This document shows positions 13,090 to 25,328 of a stretch of 64,000 nt of DNA, one piece after another. A program made the translations under genes and the position numbers. This stretch comes from Octopus bimaculoides (lineage: Eukaryota). The first letter of the stretch is position 1. Every line of letters starts with the position of its first letter. Where the stretch lies: assembly GCF_001194135.2 (NCBI RefSeq), contig NC_068983.1, positions 60,576,386 through 60,640,385 on the forward strand. Reading direction: 5' to 3'. The notes below the pieces were generated by a model. The model was not told the DNA's origin. It saw nothing but the letters and a program-made list of their open reading frames with translations, and searched no databases.

Positions 13090-16000
13090 NNNNNNNNNNN
13101 NNNNNNNNNNNNNNNNNNNNNNNNNNNNNNNNNNNNNNNNNNNNNNNNNNNNNNNNNNNNNNNNNNNNNNNNNNNNNNNNNNNNNNNNNNNNNNNNNNNN
13201 NNNNNNNNNNNNNNNNNNNNNNNNNNNNNNNNNNNNNNNNNNNNNNNNNNNNNNNNNNNNNNNNNNNNNNNNNNNNNNNNNNNNNNNNNNNNNNNNNNNN
13301 NNNNNNNNNNNNNNNNNNNNNNNNNNNNNNNNNNNNNNNNNNNNNNNNNNNNNNNNNNNNNNNNNNNNNNNNNNNNNNNNNNNNNNNNNNNNNNNNNNNN
13401 NNNNNNNNNNNNNNNNNNNNNNNNNNNNNNNNNNNNNNNNNNNNNNNNNNNNNNNNNNNNNNNNNNNNNNNNNNNNNNNNNNNNNNNNNNNNNNNNNNNN
13501 NNNNNNNNNNNNNNNNNNNNNNNNNNNNNNNNNNNNNNNNNNNNNNNNNNNNNNNNNNNNNNNNNNNNNNNNNNNNNNNNNNNNNNNNNNNNNNNNNNNN
13601 NNNNNNNNNNNNNNNNNNNNNNNNNNNNNNNNNNNNNNNNNNNNNNNNNNNNNNNNNNNNNNNNNNNNNNNNNNNNNNNNNNNNNNNNNNNNNNNNNNNN
13701 NNNNNNNNNNNNNNNNNNNNNNNNNNNNNNNNNNNNNNNNNNNNNNNNNNNNNNNNNNNNNNNNNNNNNNNNNNNNNNNNNNNNNNNNNNNNNNNNNTAT
13801 ATTTGACCGTTGACTGAACACTATTCAATTTTTTTTCTCCGTGTTTTTCTCCTTGTCTCCGTATTCTTTCTGTTGAAGAGCGTAGCTCGAAACGTCAAAG
13901 ACTTTCCGTATTCCCGAGCGTCATACTAATATATACTTTTGTTATTTACACCACCTGTCCTCGTCTGTTGTTATTTTTTGTATATTCTCCCATATATATA
14001 TATATATATATATACACGCAGGCACATACACAATGTACACACGCACATCTTGTGGAAAGGGTAGTAAAATTTAAATAAATACTGCTCGTGTCTGATATTT
14101 AGCAAATTTAATTAATAATTCATTAAAAAACATTACACATACTGACAATGACCTATAATATAAACGTATTGCCGAAGCTATACTCTAGTTGCTTAGCAAT
14201 TACCTTTTATTTAAAAAATAATTATAAATGTATAAATAATTCTACATTAACACATAATCTTATACTCTTATTCACCCAGTGTCTAATTACTTTCACTAAT
14301 TTAATCATTTCTGATATAAGCAGAAGACCACATTTGTTTTTCATTGGTTTGTTGTGGGACAATCGATTGAATCGATTCCCACCCCCACACACCAAATACC
14401 TGATTGGTACTTTATTTTATCGATCTGCCACCCCCACCCACCCCCATAAGAACGTAGGTCAAAGCCGACCTCGGTGGGAACTAACCATCAAGAGACGCAA
14501 TTAAAATACCGCAAGGTTGTTTGGTGTTATTGTTTAGTTCAGGTCAATACTATTCGTAGAGAAACTATGAAAGACGTTCCAACCGTGATCAACCGTATTT
14601 ATAGCGGTATTTATGATTACATTATCAAATGTGATTTTTTAAAGACGAAACGGTGTAATTTGAGGGAGATTTGGCTATTATTTCTAGCAGATCGAGTGGC
14701 TATACGAAGGCTTCCACGTTGGCTCGTGTTGTGGTGTTCTACTAATTTTTCCACAAAAACAAAACGACAAAAAAAAAAACAGGTTATCTATATAAATAAA
14801 ACCTGCGGCGAAGCTTCAACATGGTCGATCGATCTGCTAGAAATAGCAGCCAAATCTCCCTAAAAATTATACTATGCCATCTCATGTAAGGGCAGAACAC
14901 ATCAGATAATGTAGTCCCTACATACACATAAACAGACAAGATGGTCATGGTTGGAATATGTTGGATTTGTTTATGTATCAGCTTCAATATAGTTAGGTAT
15001 AGTTAGCCAAAGGATAACCAACAACATGCAGTGTATATAAAGTATATTTATAAATATTAGTGAAGATTTATTTTGGTTTTGTTTACCTTCAAAAAGAAAC
15101 CTGAGTGTAATTTACCGTTTCTTCTTCCCCTGTTTATGCTCAATGGAATGTGGCGGTGGAATGCACATGTCTTTAAGTGGAGCTAAATTGATAGTCGTGG
15201 TTGAATAGTTAACGAAACATGGGAGTGGCCATATATACATACATGTTATATATGACAGTAGAACTCAAAATTTAGAAAGGGACAAATAACAGAAGAATTA
15301 GGTTTAAAAAAATCCTTTGGATGAAAATAGTCGAAGGTTCATGTATAATGTTAGAACGATGTTATATATCTGCAGAAGATGTGGGTTCGTGCCCCATGGG
15401 AGCCTTCGACTCTTACATCCAAGTTGGGTTTTAACCCAATATACTACACCAGTTGTTCTCAATCATTTTTTTTTTTTTTACCTATAAACCCCTTTGATTA
15501 CTATTCTATTCTGGTGGACCCCCATGGCCATTCTAGTTTTACCGAAACTTCTTTCAAAATTCCTATTTTGTTTCTTCACACATTCACTTGTGTTTGTTTG
15601 AAGTATGTACAATGTTGGAGAAAGAAACCTAGCTGTTTCTTACAATAAATACACCCAAAGTAACATTATTTTAACCCTAACCCTAAAATAATATTGTGGA
15701 TCCTCAATTCACCATTTTGCTTGTGTGGATCCCTAAAAATCTTATATGGACCCCAGTTGAGAACCACTGTTCTACACGCTATTAATTATAGCTTTATAAA
15801 CTTCAAGTTCCACGTTAGAAACGATTTCTTTCATATATCTCGAAGTTTCGGAATTCTTATAATATAAACACACACACGATATATACATCTGTCGTCGGTT
15901 TCATTACGAGTATAATAAGGAACGGTGGATGTTATGTTTGCGAGTCCCTGAAAGGGGATTACATTAGAGTGTGGTGTGATGTAATCGAGCACTGACAGAA

Positions 16001-16299
16001 AATACAGAATTCACAACAGTCCAGGACACCCACGTTACCCAAATTCTTCCAGAAAAAGCACTCAACGCACTTTAGAAGCTAAATAAAAACATTAATGGCC
16101 AATCCTCTCAACTACAAACACGGATATGATAACAAGAAGAAGAAATAAACAAACGATTAAGATAAATCTAAAGAGAAATTCCATAACGAAAATATTTCCA
16201 AAAAATACCAATAAAATATTATTAAATTAACTTACCGTAAGGCAATTCAACAGTACGAGCATTTTTTAATGAACTTGCTAAATTTTGCAGAAATTCCAT
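2442..16299 (-). CDS. Hypothetical 95-aa spliced ORF (exons 16236-16299, 5847-5910, 2665-2693, 2442-2572)
   Basis: Donors GTAAGT, GTGAGT and GTAAAA with AG acceptors; phases 1, 2, 1 chain without stops. No recognisable domain. Confidence 0.3.
4478..4800 (-). mobile_element. Degenerate Helitron 3' end (right boundary approximate)
   Basis: Minus strand ctggcaatgctgggtatccctgCTAG|T, similar to the terminus at 324-352. Confidence 0.5.
6376..6578. mobile_element. 203-bp MITE
   Basis: 19-bp perfect TIR cactggttcaatatcactt, extending imperfectly to about 30 bp; no clear TSD. Confidence 0.65.
6754..7150 (-). mobile_element. RTE 3'-UTR-only copy, representative of more than 20 (e.g. 3236-3494 -, 3556-3935 +, 9440-9810 +, 12590-12895 +, 42060-42290 -, 43190-43545 +, 45280-45585 +, 46432-46720 -, 52081-52262 +, 61940-62280 -)
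   Basis: Shared gagtggttggcattaggaagggcatccagctgtagaaa...ttaaacgatgatgat, the same tail as the ORF-bearing copy at 56311-57505. Confidence 0.9.
11619..11938. repeat. About 320-bp imperfect palindrome (fold-back)
   Basis: Arms 11619-11769 and 11775-11938 around a 5-nt loop. Confidence 0.92.
13798..13992 (+). mobile_element. Probable Penelope-like element terminal repeat fragment
   Basis: ctgttgaagagcgtagctcgaaacgt motif of the type seen at PLE termini; sits between (TA)n tracts next to a gap. Confidence 0.4.
15450..15769. mobile_element. hAT-type MITE
   Basis: TIR cagt(t/g)gttctcaa; 8-bp TSD tactacac / ttctacac (7 of 8 match). Confidence 0.75.
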
Positions 16300-17118
16300 T
16301 TTTCCTTTTTGTTTTTTCAACTTTCTGCTCGGTTGCTTCCTCTTCCAGAAAAAGAAAACAACACAACAGTATTTTGGACCCCCCGTTATATAGGTTTGGG
16401 TTGTTTGATTCTAAGAACTAATTCAATAAGGATCTTTATTTTGATCTTATTTAATCACATCCACATTACTTAGTGTGTTTGGATAGCATAAAGAGCCTAC
16501 GCTACTTCCAACACAGGACACGAAACTATATATAAATAAACATGTGCAAGAAGTGTATATTTGTGTGTATATATATATATTGTCACGTAATATGTAAACA
16601 GAAACGCGAACGGATAAAGACGCGAGGCTTTTAAAACTAACTAAAAATCGTCAGAGTCGGGGGTTTTATTATATGTTCCCATCGATGATATAAAATACTC
16701 TATTCCATGGTTAAAGGTTTATTTTCCTAGTTTGCCATTTGCCGTTTTATTCATTTGTCAATGTTTGGTGGTCGCAGCTTGTTTCCTGGTTTGCTGAGGA
16801 AGCAATCATGAATCTCGCCTCATTTCATCATATATAACATATCCATTTCGAATTTACATCCTTTCGCTTTTTCTTTTTCTCTCTCTTTCAATGTCAGTAA
16901 TAAAACAAGAAATACTGTGATTAAATAGATCCATCGTGATGTTGGCATAAAAATAAATAACAGCCACACCTGAACAGCACCAGTTCCTTGGTGGGAATAA
17001 GTGGTGGATAACTCTTCTATTAATGAAAATACAAATAGCGGGGTGGCGATAAAAATAACTGTGAAACCCTCTTATTTACGTTCAGATACCATTTTTAGCA
17101 GGACAGGTCAAACTCTAT

Positions 17119-17182
<64 letters not shown>

Positions 17183-17924
17183 GTTTCTTTCTCAGGAAAT
17201 AAACAAATATGAGGATAAAAAGAATTTTTAAAATATCAATGGTTCTTCTATGACATTTCTATCCTTAAAAATTTTAACAAGGCAAATTCAGTCCAATTAT
17301 AACAGCATTAATATGTATATCTTAATTCTTTTTTTTTCTTTTTTTTTTCAGGAAATAGACACTTTTAAGGAATAGAAAAATATTAAGATATTTGCTAAAA
17401 AAATCAATTAACTTTTGTAACTTATAAATTTATATTTTAACTTCACAGTGTCATACAAGTTTCATGTCCAAGAAGAGGTAGAGACACATTAGGGATGGAA
17501 ACAAATTAGAAAAAGCAGAGTAAGTTGTAAGTTTAGCAAGAGAGGTAGGGAATAAGAGGTGGACAGAATGAGTCCGTACAAGAATTGAAGGATATTCAAT
17601 GTCTTATCATCAGCTGTGTGGTAGGAAGTTTCCTGTTCAACCACATAGTTCCATTCCACTGTAGGGCACCTTGGGCATGTGTCTTCTACTACAACCTTGA
17701 GTCGACTAAAGCTTTGTGAGTGGATTTGGTAGATGGAGACTGAAAGAGGCCCATCGTGTGTGTGTGTGTGCCTATCCCCTACCACTGCTTGACAGCCAGT
17801 GTTGGTGTTTACATCACGAGACCAATAGAATAAGCACCAGGCTTTACAAAAAATTTTTTAAAGTACTGGGGTCAATTCATTTGATTAAAATTCTTTAAGG
17901 CAATGCTCCAGCATGCTCATAGTC

Positions 17925-19288
17925 TATCTCGTGAACCCTTTGTGCTCTTTGATAACTACGTTCAATAAGGAAGCAAACTTTCAAATTTGGTATTTTTTTT
18001 TTATTAGTTCACCTAGAAGAGGTTACTTCTCTATAATGGTGGTCTGTCTGGGATTCTGAATTCATAACCCACACAGAACCATGGAGATGCCATAACACAT
18101 CTGATCTGACATTCCACTAAACTTCTGTGCTCAACTGGTACTTATGTATCAATTCAAAAACAGTGGAAAGCAAAGTTGACCTAGGCAGGATTTGAACTTG
18201 GAAAACAAGGAACTGAAACAACTACAGAGCATTAAGAGCCCTAACCCAAAACTTTAGATATCTCTTCTTTTCATCATCATCATTTAATATCCATTCTCCA
18301 TGCTGGCATACGTTGGACATCTTGATAGGAGCTGGCAAAGCCAAAGACTCCAATTACCTGTTTTGGCTTGGTTTCTACAACTGGATGCACTCCCTAACAC
18401 CAACTACTTTACAAAATGTTCTGGGTGCTTTTTTTTTCATGTTACCAGCATCGTTTCCTCTTTACATGGCACCAGCACCAATGCTTTTTATGTGGCACCA
18501 GCACCAGTAGGGTTGCCAGTGAAGATTATTTTTGACATTTTTTTTCTGAATTAATAGTGATATAGACTTCCATTAGTCTCTCTCATCATCATCATTATTG
18601 CTTTAATATCCACTTTTCCATATTTGTGTAGGGCAGGTGGAATTCGTTGATGCAGATTTCTACAGGTGGATGCCCTTTCCATCACCAGCTCTGTGCTATG
18701 TCTGTTACTCCTTTTCCTTCTCATCAGGTGCTTCAATTCAAATTTCTACCAGTTTTTGGGGCTTCCATATCCTCTTTCCTTAAGTTCTTCTATTTTCAAG
18801 TCTGAAGCCACAAACCACTAACCTATGTTGGGTTGTACAATCTTCAGAGAACAACCTTACATGTACAACCATCTGTCTGTCCTGTTTTCTGGTGGTTGTG
18901 TAATCAATTTGGCTAGTGTACTCACCAGATTGATAGATTATCACGTGGCTTGCTTGTTTCCTGAAGTCAGTCATCATTATCACCATCATTTAACATCCAT
19001 TTTCCATGGTTTGAAAGAAGTAAAAGATGAAAGATAGTTATCTCGTGAACCCTCTGTGCTCTTTAAAAACTATGTTCAATAAGGAAGTAAATTTTCAAGT
19101 TCGGTATCTCTTTTTTTTTTTTTTAGTTCACCCAGAAGAGGTTACTTCTCTGTAATGGTGGTCTGTCTGGGATTCTGAATTCATAACCCAAACAGAACCA
19201 TGAAGATACCATAACACATCTCATCTGACATTCCACTAAGCCACTGTGCTCAACTGGTACTTATCTATCAATTCAAAAACAGTGGAAA
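17925..19288 (+). repeat. Direct duplication of about 250 bp (17925-18169 and 19039-19288)
   Basis: Colinear, highly similar copies about 1.1 kb apart. Confidence 0.92.
18790..18965 (-). mobile_element. RTE APE endonuclease C-terminal fragment
   Basis: HVIIYQSGEYTSQIDY...EDCTTQHRLVVCGFR (IDY and xxHR motifs). Confidence 0.8.
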
Positions 19289-19689
19289 CACTTGCCAGAT
19301 GGCAGAAGACACTAGTACATGACTAACTTTTTGTTACTAACCTACCCAAAGAATTTTATTAGATTATATTACCAACTTGCTCATTCACACCGGAAATAAC
19401 CTATTCATGTTTAAATGATAATTTCAGCACAAACATTGTTAGTACGTCCCAGAAAACACGTGATGTCACTCTGTAAACAATTCAGTTACAGTATCCCACT
19501 TTTATTTAGCATGATATCTGACCTCTGTGAACTTTTAGAAATTTTTCTTCGTTGTCTTTTATGAAAATTTTTAATACCAGTTTCATGTTGTCGAGTAGTG
19601 AATAAGAATTTGAAGACATGGAGGGGAAAAAAATCAAGTAAAATATATGATGAACACAAAGAAAAAAATGCACCACATGGTGTGTGATT

Positions 19690-20175
19690 ATGAATAGGAT
19701 ATTTCAATTTCCGAAAGTGAAACCAGCGATTCCGACAGCAACAAAGAAAATAGATTTTGTGGATCAAATGTTTGAAAACTATTTTTGTTAATGATTTTTG
19801 CGAACAGAGTGAACCTAGTTACAGTGTTGCCCAGGAGACAAAACCATTAGACATCCCCCCCCTCCTCTTAGTTTGTTCAAAACAATTACAGCAGAAGCAC
19901 ATCGTAACACTGAATATAAATAAAAGGATAAGGATAGTTAGTGGTTTCCCACATGCATGGATGAAATCCGAACATTTTTGGCAATTGATATCATGGAGAT
20001 AAGAAAGCTACCCAGAATTATGAACTGCTGGAGCAGCGATGAATCCTTTGGAGACCAGTATTTTCCCAATATCATGATGAGGACCCTATTTTTAAACTTA
20101 TCACAGTATCTACATGTAAGAGACATTAGCAGTATGCAAGTACATGGAGAACCCAAACTTTTAAACCTCATTTAA
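19690..20175 (+). mobile_element. piggyBac (PGBD-type) transposase remnant
   Basis: DEIRTFLAI...RKLPRIMNCWSSDESFGDQYFPNIMMR..F..LSQYLH, a degenerate DDE_Tnp_1_7 N-terminal motif. Confidence 0.78.
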
Positions 20176-23100
20176 AATGACTCCTCATAGACTGCGTTCA
20201 AAATGACCCCTCATTCGACTGCATATTCTATATTAAAATGTTGTTGCATATCCAATTGAATATTAGACAACTCATTTTCTATGGCGAAGTTTCATGAAAA
20301 TTGAAATGATTTTATATTTAGCTAAATTTATTTGTAATTAGAGTCACTTCAGGAGAAAAAGTTTGCAGTAGATTTGTTTAAGAACTTTTTGGTAAATTTT
20401 TTTCTTTTATCTCTTTATTAAAAACATTTCTAAAACTTGGAGGAGAGAAGTATGTTCGCATGGATAATGGTTTGCTTGCAGTTAGTGATTCTGCAAAGAA
20501 AGGGGCTTGGAAGTGCCTTAGAAGCATTGGTTGCAAACACGGGTAACACGGAAGAGAGAAAGTTAAACAAACACAGGAGCCTGACCAGCTACCATCCATT
20601 GTTTCCGGTTACCAAGTGAGCTGGTCCATCATAACATACAGGCAAAAACAGCACGTTTTTACTAGCATTAACTCAAATAATATTTAATACTTAGCATGAA
20701 AACAGTGAGGCTGTAGACATGGTAGAAGCACGTTGAATAGAATAAGATGACACTAAAATTAAAAGCAAGAAGAAAATTTCGCTTATCTGAACGTCTTTTT
20801 CATTCATGACAATAATGGTTAGGTACTCCAGAATGAGTCAGCAAGGCAAACGAGATAATATTTATGAGGTGGGGACAACAGGAAATAAGAGGGGCATTTT
20901 TTTTATGCCCAGCTTCAGCAGGAGGTGTATGCTGTATGTAGTCCCTGGCTGTATGGGCAGCAGCCTCACATCCACCTTTAACTGGACAGTGCTTTGTGCC
21001 TCACTCTGGTCATCCCTGATTGATCTACATGTTATCCTGGCTACAACTTGTGAAAGGACATTGCCCAACATTATTGGATGGAAGCATGTCCTTCTTCTCC
21101 AGCGCAATCAGAGTAGCTGAAAAGAGATCTTAGGCATGGCGGGTGAGTCCACACAAAGAGGAAAAGAGCAAACATACTCTTGCCTCAGCAGAATGTGGTG
21201 AGATTAAATCTCTGAGGTGGTCGGGTCACAGGCCATCTACTCCACCAATGCTGCTCGTAGGGATCTCAGAGTGACAGCCACATCACCACTGTGTTACTGT
21301 TGGGGATTTGGAAATCCCCAACATCTTCTGGAGGGTCCGGATGCTTGAGATGGAGATCAGCCAGAACATCTGGAATGGGTTTGAGCACTGTGTTGCTTGA
21401 GGTCAGCATGCACACTGTGGCCCTCAATTACTTTACAATTGACCTGTACTCAGAGCCTTTTCACACCACCAGAAGGGGTCTAATTGTGTTCCAATAATCA
21501 CATTAATATCTCTTTATTTATTTTTTTTTTTTACTCTTTTTACTTGTTTCAGTCTTTTTGACTGTGGCCATGCTGGAGCACCACCTTTAGTCGAGCAAAT
21601 CGACCCCAGGACTTATTCTTTGGAAGCCTAGTACTTATTCTATTGGTCTCATTTGCCGAACCGCTAAGTTACGGGGACATAAACACACCAGCATCGGTTG
21701 TCAAGCGATGTTGGGGGGACAAACACAGACACACAAATATATATATATATACATATATACGACGGGCTTCTTTCAGTTTCCGTCTACCAAATCCACTCAC
21801 AAGGCTTTGGTCGGCCCAAGGCTATAGTAGAAGACACTTGCCCAAGATGCCATGCAGTGGGACTGAACCCGGGACAATGTGGTTTGTAAGCAAACTACTT
21901 ACCACACAGCCACTCCTGTTAATTAAATTTAAAAAAAAAAGTTGTTTTATGAAGCAAGTCTAAATTCACAATTATATTAGAATTTAATTGAAACACAAAG
22001 TATTTTGGTTAGCAATATACTAATGAAACGGTTAACGAACTATTAGTTGATTAAATAGCCTAGTATTTGACTGTTGCTTCCTCTTATAAACTGAAGACTA
22101 ATGAAGTAAAACTTGAATCACTCATTTATTAACATTATTTAAAAAATTTTACTGAGGTTCATTTGACTTGTTAAATTAATTTTAGAAGTTGTTATCCTGG
22201 CCATCCATACATACATACAGGCATGTCCTCTACAGCCATGGCACCTTCACTTTCTTGCAGCCGAGAGGTCCATGTCTTGCAAGATCCCAGCTGCTGATGC
22301 CAAGTAAAAAAAACACCCATTGTGGTGATTTGTATAAAGTACCTGTGCTAGTGCCATGCAATAGCACTGGTGTTAGTACCATGTAAAAAGCACCCATTAC
22401 ACTTTGTGAAGTGGTCAGTGTTAGGTAAGGGCATCCAGTCATAGAAACCTTGCCAAAACAAACAGTGGAGCTTGGCACAGCTCTCTGGCTTGCCAGCTCC
22501 TGTCAAACCATCCCAACCCATGCCAACATGGAAAATGGATATTACACCATGATGATAATGTTATATTTCTTTCTCTTTCTAAAAAAGATGGCTTAAAGGA
22601 ATTACATCTTAAATAGAGATAAAGACTCAACATCAAACACTTCCTACAAATGAATAATATACAAATAAAGCTCACCGAGCTGCTACAAATATTAGGCCAC
22701 GCAATCCTAGGTAGTCTTCCATGGTGATCTAACATACGCAACTTTGCCAAATAGATTTTTCTTAGATGACCATAACAGGTCTTCCTCTTCAGAGCCTAGT
22801 AGCACTTCTCATCTTTTGATGCCTGAAAATATCTTCTTACATGGATGTACTACTCATAAACATGCTGCAACCTCTGGTTCAAAGCCAATTCTTCTTCCTT
22901 TTTCTCGCTTTAATGTAACATCTGCTCGTCTGCATTACTTTCAGATCTTGTACAATCATTCACTCTCAGACAGGCAACTTTGTTTCAATCTGCTCATATT
23001 TCTCATGAACACCATCTACTTTACAGAGTGTACTGGGTGCTTTTTACATGGCACCATCACCGACAGGGTCACCAAGTACCTTGCAAGAGAAAAAAAAAAC

Positions 23101-25187
23101 CCCTCAACTGGGAGTGGGGTGGTTCTTTGTGCCAGTTGAGAGATAGGTGTCTTGCTGAGTGGATTCTCCAGTTGGAAAAAAGAGTGAGTTACAGAGTAAG
23201 ATAAAGAGAGTGATGATGTCGGGATATGCTCTCAAGGTACATTGTGTGGGGGTGAGAATGTACAAGTGGTTAAATCAACATCCACCATATTAAGCTCTCC
23301 AGTTTAGGTGGGTGATGAACATGAAACATTATGGGTGCTGCATTTCTTCTGATAAATGAATAATAAACAAAAATTATTGTGATATACAGGTAAGCATAGT
23401 TAAATTGGTTTGGACTTTATTTCAGTCTCCCACACAATTTGGATAAAATGTCTTGCAGTATTCTTTCTGTAATCCCGACTTCTTTCATTTTGGGGTCGAT
23501 AAATAAAGTACCATGCATGGTAACTCTACCTTTAACATTGAAAATATGTCAGTCTATGACTTGATGAGAAGATACAAATGAAATTTTCACTTTATACATG
23601 TATAAGATTTTGCTGGTGGAACATTAAAAAATAAGAGGGAAATGTGAATATAAAAGCAGGGTTCACGAATGGTGGTAGATCAATTAAAATAGCAAGGAAT
23701 TTCTGATGAAGGTTTTCCCCTGGCCAACGAATTCCAAGTTCAATGGCTAAATATTTGTGCTGTACTGATGCTCTCTTGAAAGTGGAACTCCTGACACAAA
23801 ATTAAACTGCACCTCATCTAGACTAAATTCTCTTCTGAATTAACCGGGCTACACCTCTTTCCATCATCTGGTTCAGCGGTAAATGGGTAACTCTGTAATC
23901 AAGGGTGATGTCAGCCTGCTTACCAAGCCAGTGGGTTGGCATCATTCAAAAGCAAAAACAATGCAAAGCATACTGTGACCAGCAATGTATAACAACATCT
24001 AATAGTTTGGTCTATCATGTGATATGGTCATTATATTTGTTATAAATCATTATCCTACATTAGTATTTTGTGATTGATAAGCTCATCATATTTTAAACTT
24101 TTCTTAAAGTTCCCTTACCATAGCACAACAGCAGCAAGGTGACAGGCTATTGGGATTGCCCACATTAAAAATAGGAAAAAGTAGTTGATTTTAGTTAGAG
24201 AAATGCCTTGTCATCTTATTAGTGGACATCTCATCAAATTGTTCATGTGTGTTATTGTCATATGTTTATTATTAAAAGTTTGCATTGGAACAGACAGTCC
24301 AATGAAGAGAACCGATTCTATTGGTTCTCTTCATTCTTTTATTCATGACAGCAGAATGTGTGTTGAGGGAGAAGCAAGAATATCCCTGTGAAAGTCGCAA
24401 GTGTGGTAACTAGTTCAACATTTAGACTGTTTTAACTGTGGAAACCCTACTAGACACAAGAATTTGCTTGCCATCATGCCTCAATGCTCATGATTTACAG
24501 ACACTGTTTATCTGTAATAATATCAACATGTGATAATTCCTGAGAGTATTTATACATATTTTTGGTCAGATTTTTGAGATCACTTGTCACCACATAAACA
24601 AAATATTTACATTCCTTACTGACAGCCCAACTAATTATCTTTGAAGTGTTGGTAACTTTAGAAACAAAAGATCCCCTGAAAATACTGTCTACTGAAGGTA
24701 AGGTGGAGAAAAAATGCAAAACAGATATTAAAAACAAATGAAGATATGTGCTGTACAAAAATTGAATTTGGTCTGCCACATGTGGAAGGTCCCAGTTTCA
24801 TATAAATGAAATTGCCAATAGAGGACGTAGAAGTGAATGTGAGAAGTCTTGTGATGAAGCAGCTAAGGAATACTGCCAGAGGAAGAAATGCTGCTAAGCA
24901 TTTTGTCAGGCATGCCAACCGTTCTGCCAGAGTACTAGAAAGGACTAAATATGTATGAAAGGTATGAATTTTGAAGATTCTATAGAGAAAGAATGGCAGT
25001 ATGAGTTTCTGTAGATATTTTCTTTGCCAGGATGTGGCTGATGGTAAAGCATCCAAACAACTGCATGCAATAAAGTGATAACCTTTATCTATAAGAAATA
25101 GTAAACATGGCAATTTAAAGCTAGTTTCAAAGTGGCTGCATTTTGAGAAATTAAACAATGAATATCAAAAATAATATTCTCATCACA

Positions 25188-25193
25188 TTTATT
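25188..25193 (-). terminator. Candidate polyadenylation signal AATAAA of SF3B2
   Basis: TTTATT on the plus strand, about 70 nt past the stop codon. Confidence 0.5.
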
Positions 25194-25265
25194 TGTATAC
25201 AATAACAAAAATATAATGGGGAAATGATGGACATAAAAAATACACAGGCGATTTGCGTCAAACAC

Positions 25266-25328
25266 CTAGAACTTAAATTCTTTATATTTCTTGGCTTTTC
25301 CACTGTCTTGCTGCTGTCGTTTCCGTTT
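25266..25328 (-). CDS. SF3B2: SF3B2 last coding exon c21 (KRKRQQQDSGKAKKYKEFKF*)
   Basis: Conserved KKYKEFKF terminus; TAG at 25268-25266. Confidence 0.96.
   Translation of the reverse strand, partial: KRKRQQQDSGKAKKYKEFKF

Noticed and set aside
12919-13828. Long ORFs of 260-300 aa in the ORF track
   Set aside because: They read through N-gap 13090-13797 and (TA)n tracts. The same applies to ORFs at 923-1244 and 42378-42756.
20800-21500. GC-richer segment with HRPS...GDLEIPNIFW (APE-like) on plus and SGVP on minus
   Set aside because: Motifs are too degenerate and on conflicting strands. Probably an old LINE relic but not assignable.
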